A stretch of DNA of 31,673 nucleotides. Source: Pseudonocardiaceae bacterium (GTDB taxonomy: Bacteria > Actinomycetota > Actinomycetes > Mycobacteriales > Pseudonocardiaceae). Numbering within the stretch: the stretch's first letter is position 1; each line of letters begins with the position of its first letter. Shown here piece after piece: positions 25,310-31,673 of this stretch. A model generated the notes under the pieces. The model was not told where the DNA came from, did not search any database, and saw only the letters and a list, made by a program, of their open reading frames with translations. A program made the position numbers and the translations under genes. The stretch lies in assembly GCA_036008865.1 (NCBI GenBank), contig DASYMV010000373.1, positions 1 through 31,673 of the forward strand, in the 5' to 3' direction.

Positions 25310-26755
25310 ATGGCTGGATTCCCGTACCCCGGTCCGTCGCCCCGCGTCGACGCCGCGACGAACGCTGTCCTGGTGGTCGGTGCCGCGTGCGCCGTGACCA
25401 CTCTGTTCGCCGCGTCGCTCGGCCACGGCTTCGGGCCGGGCCACGCGTACCTGCTCCTGATGCTCACAGCGGCAGGCGTGACCGTCGGCACCGCCGTCGT
25501 CGCGGAGTTCACCGTACGACTCGCCGACGACCTCGTTCTGGCCAGAATCGGCGCGGCCGCAGGCGTCTACGGCCTCTCCGTGATCCCCGTGGACGCGCTG
25601 TCCCCACCGCCCGGCGGGGCGTTGACGCTGCACGCCGCGAGCGGGGTGGACGCAGGAGGCGTGATGGCCCTGCTCGCCCTCGCCGTCATGGCGTGCGTGC
25701 GTGACCGCGCCGGGACGCGGCGCACGTCACGGGTGTGGCCCGCAACGCTGCTCGTGCTGGCCTTGCTGGCCGTGACGACGCTGGTGCTGGTGAGCACGAG
25801 CGCGCTCACCGGCATCGTCGTCGACCGCCTCGATCACGGCGTGCTCGCGACTGACTGGGCGGCCGCGGCCGCGGTGCTGGTGACGACAGGCCTGCTGACC
25901 CGCCGCCCCCTCGTGTGGCAGACCGGCTGCGGTATCGCGCTGATCGCGTTGGCGCACACGGCCTTCCACGAGATCCCCGCCTCGTCGCGAGAACTGATGT
26001 TCGCCGCCCTGCAGTTGCTGGGCGCCGTGGTGGTGCTGGGCGCCGTCGTGGCACGGGCACGCACCGCGCTGGTTCAGCACCGGATCCAGCTCGTCGCCGA
26101 CGAATGCCGACTGCGGGCCACCGAGTCGGCCGTGCAGAGCGCGGCCGAGCGCGAACACGAGATCCGCAACGGGCTCGCGGGCGTCGCCAGCGCCGCATCG
26201 CTGCTGGCGGCGGGCACACCGGGCGTGGAGCAGGTCGACAGGGCCGAACTCGCCGCGGCGTTGCAGGCCGAGCTGCTGCGCATGCACATGCTGCTCGACG
26301 GTGCGCAGGCCGGCGCGGAGCCTTCCGAGAGCCTGCTCGAACCGGTGCTGCGGCGTCTGATCGTGCTGCGCCGCGCCGCGGGCGCACAGGTCGACCTGAC
26401 GGTCGAGCCCGGCCTGCGCATCCCCGCGCCCGCCCTGGTGCTCGCGCAGGTGATGACGAACCTGCTCGCCAACTGCGATCGGCACGCGCCGGGCGCGCCC
26501 GTGCACGTCAGCGCGCGGCAGCGGGGCGACGTCGTCCGGCTCGTGGTGCGCGACGAGGGCCCTGGCATCCCACCCGGCGCCGAGCTCACCGTGCTCGAGC
26601 GCGGCGTGCACGACCCGGCCGGTGCGGGGAGCGGGCTCGGTCTGCACGTGTGTGCCGCGCTCGCAGAGGAGCACGGGGGTGATCTGCGGCTGGTGCCGCG
26701 CTCCGGTGATCGGCCGGGCTGCACCGTGGTGCTCGAGCTGCCCGCGAGGAAGTGA
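25310..26755 (+). CDS. Membrane-bound sensor histidine kinase, 481 aa
   Basis: GGAGG SD; multi-TM N-terminus; H-box REHEIRNGL; HATPase boxes NLLANCDRHA, DEGPGIP and GSGLGL. Confidence 0.9.
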   Translation: MAGFPYPGPSPRVDAATNAVLVVGAACAVTTLFAASLGHGFGPGHAYLLLMLTAAGVTVGTAVVAEFTVRLADDLVLARIGAAAGVYGLSVIPVDALSPPPGGALTLHAASGVDAGGVMALLALAVMACVRDRAGTRRTSRVWPATLLVLALLAVTTLVLVSTSALTGIVVDRLDHGVLATDWAAAAAVLVTTGLLTRRPLVWQTGCGIALIALAHTAFHEIPASSRELMFAALQLLGAVVVLGAVVARARTALVQHRIQLVADECRLRATESAVQSAAEREHEIRNGLAGVASAASLLAAGTPGVEQVDRAELAAALQAELLRMHMLLDGAQAGAEPSESLLEPVLRRLIVLRRAAGAQVDLTVEPGLRIPAPALVLAQVMTNLLANCDRHAPGAPVHVSARQRGDVVRLVVRDEGPGIPPGAELTVLERGVHDPAGAGSGLGLHVCAALAEEHGGDLRLVPRSGDRPGCTVVLELPARK

Positions 26756-26759
26756 GCGG

Positions 26760-27446
26760 ATGTCGCGAGCCACCGTGCTGATCGTGGACGATCACGACCT
26801 GATCGGGTTGTCGCTGCAAGTGCTGCTGCGCTCGCACGGCGTGGAGACCGCCCGGTGCGGGGTGGACGAGAAGTCGGTGCTGCAGACGGCGTACGAGCGC
26901 GACCCGGGGCTCGCGCTGGTCGACCTCGACCTCGGTCCGCGTCCCGACGGTGAGCGGTACCGGGGAGCGGAGCTGATCCCCGGACTCCGCAACGCCGGTT
27001 GGCCGGTGCTCGTGTTCACCGGAACCGCGGACGGGCACCGGGCCGCGCTCTCGGACGCGATCGCAGCCGGCGCACTGGGGTGGTTGTCCAAGTCGCTGCC
27101 GGCGCAGGAGGTGGTGCACGAGATCCTCGCGGCGATGAACGGCAAGACCATGATGAGTGCCGACGAGCGCTACGAGCTGATGGAGGAGCGTCGCGGGGCA
27201 CAGCTGCGCGACCACGCGACGCGAGAGCTGCTCGACCGGCTCACCGCACGTGAACAACTCGTGCTCGATCGCCTGATCGCGGGCAGGCGCGCCTCCGCGA
27301 TAGCGCGGGAGTTCTCGGTGTCGATGAGCACCGTGCGCACTCAGATCCACGCGATTCTCGCCAAGCTGAACGTGCGGTCGCAGTTGGAGGCGGTGGCGCT
27401 GGTGCGCGCCCTGCGCACAAATCACCGGGACGGTCGAAGGCCGTGA
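26760..27446 (+). CDS. NarL/LuxR-family response regulator, 228 aa
   Basis: Receiver motifs IVDDH, LVDLDL, VFTG and LSKS; HTH LTAREQLVL..TVRTQIHAILAKLNVRSQLEAVA. Confidence 0.93.
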   Translation: MSRATVLIVDDHDLIGLSLQVLLRSHGVETARCGVDEKSVLQTAYERDPGLALVDLDLGPRPDGERYRGAELIPGLRNAGWPVLVFTGTADGHRAALSDAIAAGALGWLSKSLPAQEVVHEILAAMNGKTMMSADERYELMEERRGAQLRDHATRELLDRLTAREQLVLDRLIAGRRASAIAREFSVSMSTVRTQIHAILAKLNVRSQLEAVALVRALRTNHRDGRRP

Positions 27447-27480
27447 CGGCCGGGGCTCGTGGGAGAACGCAGGACTGCGA

Positions 27481-28752
27481 TCAGGTCCGGTCCGGAACGC
27501 TGACGCCGTACGGCGGCAGCACCTCGTCGGTTCCGGGCGGCGTTTTCCCGCGATCGGTCAGGTTGACCCACATCGTGCCACCGGATGAGACGAAGCCCAG
27601 CAGGCCGTTCTCCCGCGTGATGCGCACATTGTGCTGTCCCAGCACGCGACACAACCACGCCCACGGTGCGGCGAGCGATGTCGGCTGCACCGCACCGGCG
27701 TCCGGAGACGTCCACAACGCCGAGTACCGGAAGTCCTCGCTCGCCTGCGGCTGCCAGAGCAGCATGCGCGCGGCGCCTCCTTCGGCCATCCGCGCCACCG
27801 CGTCGAGCGTGACGGCCGTCTGCCGCGCACCGCCCGCCGACTGCTCCGTGCCTCTGTCGGGGTAGAACTCCGCCCACCACACCGGCAGGCCGGTCTCCGC
27901 GGCGACCCAGCGGGTGACCGCCGTGAACATCGCGGTCGCGGTGAACGGGTCGGTCGTCAGCCCGCGGTCCTTCGTGGCGGTGGACCCGTCCACCACGACG
28001 AAGTCCGCACCGTGCTTGTGCCCGTTCCAGTAGGTGATCACGTCGGTGGTGCGTCCGTCCACCATGCCCCACGGCCCCGTCAAGGGGGAGCGCTTGACAT
28101 TGCCGGCCATGCCCGACCAGGTGTCCATGACGACGTACGGGCCACCGATCTTGGCGTCCGGCCGCACCGCCTTCACCGCGTCGTGGACGGCGTTGTAGAG
28201 GTCGGTGTAGGCGGCCGCGTCCCACCGCTGCCGGTCCTCGTCCCAGAAACCCTTGAGCTCGCTCCACACCTGGAAGTAGCGCACCTTCGGATACCGCTGC
28301 GCCACCGCGGCCGCGAGATCGGCGAAGTCGCCGAAGTGATCACGTGACGGTGCGGCGTTGATGCGGCTCCAGTCGGTCTTCCCGCGCTCGCCCCCCTTCA
28401 TCCAGTCCGGTGCCCCGGCGAGGGTGATCACGGGCGTGCCCTGCGTGCGCTCGATGAGCGCCATCCGCCTGTCCAGAGAGGACCAGTTGTAGTCGCCGGG
28501 CGACGGTTCGGGGTTGTCCGCCCCCCACCCCATGATGTTCTGGTTCTGCACCTGCGGTGCCGCCGAGAGCACCTTCTCCCCCGATGCCACCCTGGACGGC
28601 GGGTTCCACGGATCGAGGCTGAACTGCGTGTGCGTCACGCCCAGGACCGGGATGGTCACCGGATCCTCGGCGGATCTGGCCGAGTTGCAGGACACCAGCA
28701 GCACCACGGCGAGCAGGGCGGCCACCGCGGCACGAATTCGCCGGCGGGTCAC
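27481..28752 (-). CDS. GH39-like (clan GH-A) glycoside hydrolase lipoprotein, 423 aa
   Basis: Lipoprotein signal TRRRIRAAVAALLAVVLLVS-C; QNQNIMGWGADNPEPSPG; APDWMKGG; FQVWSELKGFW; WWAEFY. GTGA overlap with the deacetylase. Confidence 0.78.
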   Translation of the reverse strand: MTRRRIRAAVAALLAVVLLVSCNSARSAEDPVTIPVLGVTHTQFSLDPWNPPSRVASGEKVLSAAPQVQNQNIMGWGADNPEPSPGDYNWSSLDRRMALIERTQGTPVITLAGAPDWMKGGERGKTDWSRINAAPSRDHFGDFADLAAAVAQRYPKVRYFQVWSELKGFWDEDRQRWDAAAYTDLYNAVHDAVKAVRPDAKIGGPYVVMDTWSGMAGNVKRSPLTGPWGMVDGRTTDVITYWNGHKHGADFVVVDGSTATKDRGLTTDPFTATAMFTAVTRWVAAETGLPVWWAEFYPDRGTEQSAGGARQTAVTLDAVARMAEGGAARMLLWQPQASEDFRYSALWTSPDAGAVQPTSLAAPWAWLCRVLGQHNVRITRENGLLGFVSSGGTMWVNLTDRGKTPPGTDEVLPPYGVSVPDRT

Positions 28753-29522
28753 GGGAGGAACCAGGCCTGCATGCGGGGTTCGCCGTGGCGCAGTGCGTCG
28801 GAGAGAGATCGTCCGACCAGTCCCCTGGCGCTCACCGCGGTGAGGACCTCCGAGACGAGCGCTCCGCGGTCGAACCGCGGCGGTGGACCGTCGTCCGCGC
28901 CCTCCTCCGCACCTGCGAAACCGTCGTGCGCCAACAGGACGGAGCCCGGTCCGGCACCGCGCACGGCGAGATCGGCGAGCCGGTGCACCGGTGCGTCGAT
29001 CCAGTCCCCCGCCACCGCGGTCCACAGCACGGATTCCATGCCCTCCCGTCTGATCGCACTCCACACGCGCGGCGACTGCGCGCCGTAAGGCGGCCGGAAC
29101 CACCGGATCGGTTGTTGCACCAGGTCTTCCAGTCGTCGCTTGCCCTCGGCGAGACTGCGAACGCGTTCGGTGTGCGGAATCCTGGTGAGCCTGCGGTGGT
29201 CCACGCCGTGCAACGCGATCTCATGCCCGGCCGCGATCGTCTCGGCGAGCAGGGTCCGGTGGCGCTCGGCCCGTCCCACCAGGACGAAGAAGGTCGCGGT
29301 GGCCCGGCGCTGCGCGAGCGCGGCGAGCACCCGCTCGGTCGCCCCCGGTTCAGGCCCGTCGTCCAGCGTCAGCACGAAATGCGGTGCCGTGGTGCGCACG
29401 CCCACCACGGACCCGACCCTCGCGGTGAACGGGAGAACGGGATCCACCAGGAAGCGCCGGACGGGTGACCTGACCCCGATCCGGTTCAGTTCCTCAGCAG
29501 TGCGAGTTGGTTCTTCGGCCAC
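28749..29522 (-). CDS. Polysaccharide deacetylase (CE4/NodB homology), about 257 aa
   Basis: TLDDGP, ATFF, HGVDH, RPPYG, DW and LAHDG motifs are all present. Start chosen from the GAGGT SD; start uncertain. Confidence 0.88.
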   Translation of the reverse strand: MAEEPTRTAEELNRIGVRSPVRRFLVDPVLPFTARVGSVVGVRTTAPHFVLTLDDGPEPGATERVLAALAQRRATATFFVLVGRAERHRTLLAETIAAGHEIALHGVDHRRLTRIPHTERVRSLAEGKRRLEDLVQQPIRWFRPPYGAQSPRVWSAIRREGMESVLWTAVAGDWIDAPVHRLADLAVRGAGPGSVLLAHDGFAGAEEGADDGPPPRFDRGALVSEVLTAVSARGLVGRSLSDALRHGEPRMQAWFLP

Positions 29523-29631
29523 GGATCGACCTCGTCTCCGCCGCAACACCGGCCAATCTTCAGACTACGTATCCCCCGGCACCGGCAACAGCACGCGTAG
29601 CGTGAACCCGTGACGGAGCGAAGCAGCGCCC

Positions 29632-29851
29632 TACATCGATGAACTCTCCGGCGAGGGCGCGTCGTTCACCGACTCGCACGCGCTCCTGCATCCCAGCCTG
29701 CCCAACCGGTTCGACGGTGAACGCCGGCGCCTACGACGAGTTCGTCGATCACCACCGGGTGTTGCGCACGATCGGGGACATGCGCTCCTCGCCTCACACC
29801 GGTCGGAGCGCCGACGCGAAACCGGTCACCGACGTGTGGAACACCGGCTGA
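29632..29851 (+). pseudogene. Possible eroded gene remnant with a frameshift near 29716
   Basis: Two consecutive GC3-biased segments in different frames (YIDELSGEGASFTDSHALLHPSLPNRFDG, then NAGAYDEFVDHHRVLRTIGD). No convincing start; family not recognised. Confidence 0.25.
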
Positions 29852-29852
29852 A

Positions 29853-31256
29853 CTACTCGCTGAGCCACGTGATCTGCCGAATCTTGTTCATCGCGTCGAG
29901 CGCGGCCACCTTGTACGACTCGGCCAGCGTCGGATAGTTGAACACGGCGTCGACGAGGTAGTCGACGGTCCCGCCGCACCCCATCACCGCCTGTCCGATG
30001 TGGACGAGTTCGGTCGCGCCGGTGCCGAAGACGTGGACTCCCAGCAGCGACCGGTCCTCCGGCGAGACCAGGAGCTTCAGCATGCCGTAGGAGTCACCGA
30101 TGATCTGCCCTCTCGCGAGTTCGCGGTAGCGGGAGATGCCGACCTCGAACGGGATCCGTGCCGCGGTCAGCGCGTCCTCGGTGCGGCCGATGAAGCTGAT
30201 CTCCGGGATGGTGTAGATGCCGATGGGCTGGAGGTCGTTCATGGCGTGCACCGGCTCACCGCAGGCGTGGTAGGCGGCGAGCCTGCCCTGCTCCATCGAC
30301 GTGGCGGCCAGGGCGGGGAACCCGACGACGTCGCCGACGGCGTAGATGTGCGGCACGATCGTGCGGAAGTGCTCGTCGACCGGGATCCGGCCGCGCCCGT
30401 CGGCCTCGATGCCCGCGCGCTCCAGGCCCAGCCCGTCGGTCATGCCCTGCCTGCCCGCGGAGTACATGACCGTCTCGGCCGGGATCTTCTTGCCGCTCTC
30501 CAGCACCGCGATGGCGCCGCGCGGGTGCCGTTCGACGGCGGCGACGGACTCGCCGAAGCGGAACGTGACCGCGAGGTCGCGCAACTGGTACTTGAGCGCT
30601 TCGACGACTTCGAGGTCGCAGAACTCCAGCATCCGCTCGCGCCGCTCGACGACGGTGACCTTGGTGCCGAGCGCGGCGAACATCGACGCGTACTCGATGC
30701 CGATCACGCCGGCCCCCACGACCACCATGGACCGCGGGACCTCGTCCAAGCTGACTATGCCGTCGGAGTCGATGATCGTCTTGTCGTCGAAGTCGACGGT
30801 GTCCGGCCGCGCCGGCCGACTCCCGGTCGCCACCACGATCTTGTCCGCGGTGACCTTGGTCGCCTGGCCGGTGGCGTCGGAGACCTCGACGGTGTGCTCG
30901 TCGAGGAAGTGGCCGAGGCCGGGCAGCAGCGAGACGCGGTTGCGTGAGAGCTGACTGCGGACCACGTCGATCTCGCGGCCGACGACGTGCCGGGTGCGCG
31001 CGGCCAGGTCGCCGACGGTGATGTCCTGCTTGACCCGGTAGCTCTGGCCGTACATCTCACGCTGGTTGAGGCCGGTCAGGTACAGCACGGCCTCGCGAAG
31101 CGTCTTCGACGGGATGGTGCCGGTGTTGATGCACACCCCGCCGATCATGTCGTGCCGCTCGACCACGCCGGAGCGGCGACCGAGCTTGGCCGCGGCTATG
31201 GCCGCCTTCTGCCCACCGGGCCCCGACCCGAGCACGAGCACGTCGAAGTCGTACAT
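29853..31256 (-). CDS. sthA: Soluble pyridine nucleotide transhydrogenase, 467 aa
   Basis: [61 protein letters not shown] and [18 protein letters not shown]. Confidence 0.95.
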   Translation of the reverse strand: MYDFDVLVLGSGPGGQKAAIAAAKLGRRSGVVERHDMIGGVCINTGTIPSKTLREAVLYLTGLNQREMYGQSYRVKQDITVGDLAARTRHVVGREIDVVRSQLSRNRVSLLPGLGHFLDEHTVEVSDATGQATKVTADKIVVATGSRPARPDTVDFDDKTIIDSDGIVSLDEVPRSMVVVGAGVIGIEYASMFAALGTKVTVVERRERMLEFCDLEVVEALKYQLRDLAVTFRFGESVAAVERHPRGAIAVLESGKKIPAETVMYSAGRQGMTDGLGLERAGIEADGRGRIPVDEHFRTIVPHIYAVGDVVGFPALAATSMEQGRLAAYHACGEPVHAMNDLQPIGIYTIPEISFIGRTEDALTAARIPFEVGISRYRELARGQIIGDSYGMLKLLVSPEDRSLLGVHVFGTGATELVHIGQAVMGCGGTVDYLVDAVFNYPTLAESYKVAALDAMNKIRQITWLSE

Positions 31257-31280
31257 CTGCTCAGTGTGCAGGTGCTGAGG

Positions 31281-31673
31281 TCACAAAGCACCCGCATCCG
31301 GCCAGAGCCGCAACCTCACCCGTCCCACGAGCGAAGAGATCGGGACGGCGCCGAAGTCCCGGGAGTCCACCGAGTTCCCGCGGTTGTCGCCGAGCAGGAA
31401 CACCCTGCGGTCGGGCACCCGCAGAGGTCCGAAGTAGACCCCGTCGACCGTCTTCTGGTCGTAGAACGTCTCCTCGACCGGCACGCCGTCCTCCACACCC
31501 ACCTCGTCGCCGCCCACGGCGACCACGCGCTTGAGCAACAGGCCGCCGCCGGTGGGATCGTGCGCCACCACCAGCTCACGGCGCTGGGGCTGCGCGCCGG
31601 AGTAGGCCAGTTCGTCCAGCAGGACGTGGTAGCCGGGGACCAGCGTCGGGGACATGCTCTCCGAGGGCACTCG
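31281..31673 (-). CDS. lepB: Signal peptidase I (S26); 5' end runs off the right edge
   Basis: Catalytic Ser box PSESMSPTL, Lys box LLKRVVA and GDNRGNSVDSR. Confidence 0.85.
   Translation of the reverse strand, partial: RVPSESMSPTLVPGYHVLLDELAYSGAQPQRRELVVAHDPTGGGLLLKRVVAVGGDEVGVEDGVPVEETFYDQKTVDGVYFGPLRVPDRRVFLLGDNRGNSVDSRDFGAVPISSLVGRVRLRLWPDAGAL

Noticed and set aside
29440-29475. RRFL in the deacetylase N-terminus as a twin-arginine signal
   Set aside because: Imperfect consensus and no clear hydrophobic h-region or cleavage site; export route left open.
1-31673. tRNA, rRNA, CRISPR arrays, transposases/integrases, defence systems
   Set aside because: No cloverleaf-like or rRNA-like sequence, no regularly spaced repeats, and no recombinase, nuclease or defence motifs seen in any frame.

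Overview
High-GC actinobacterial chromosomal DNA; the gene content suggests a Pseudonocardiaceae/Streptomyces-like organism, but the taxon cannot be fixed from the window. From left to right: (1) icmF, a fused B12-dependent isobutyryl-CoA mutase/GTPase cut by the left edge, then a small zinc-ribbon gene and an MFS pseudogene collapsed by internal deletions. (2) A putative photoprotection/stress block: an MSMEG_6728-family pyrimidine-dimer-glycosylase-like gene with an apparent inactivated RecQ-like domain, an aromatic carotenoid cluster (crtYc-Yd-T-U, crtB-V, crtE-I), and a general-stress trio (membrane protein, SDR, DUF2795) with SigF/SigB-type promoter motifs. (3) An approximately 15 kb surface-glycan locus: a tightly coupled operon (GT2, tandem GT2-GT2, small membrane proteins, GT-C/Wzy-like protein, a Cys/His microprotein, an 897-aa PRTase-kinase-HAD protein, a Wzx-kinase fusion), a divergent two-component system, a CE4 deacetylase and a GH39-like lipoprotein. 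(4) sthA and a partial signal peptidase I. No rRNA, tRNA, CRISPR or mobile element is supported. The strongest novelty candidates are the PRTase-kinase-HAD/Wzx-kinase glycan system and the glycosylase-dead-RecQ fusion beside the carotenoid genes. All family calls come from motif recognition by eye, without database searches.
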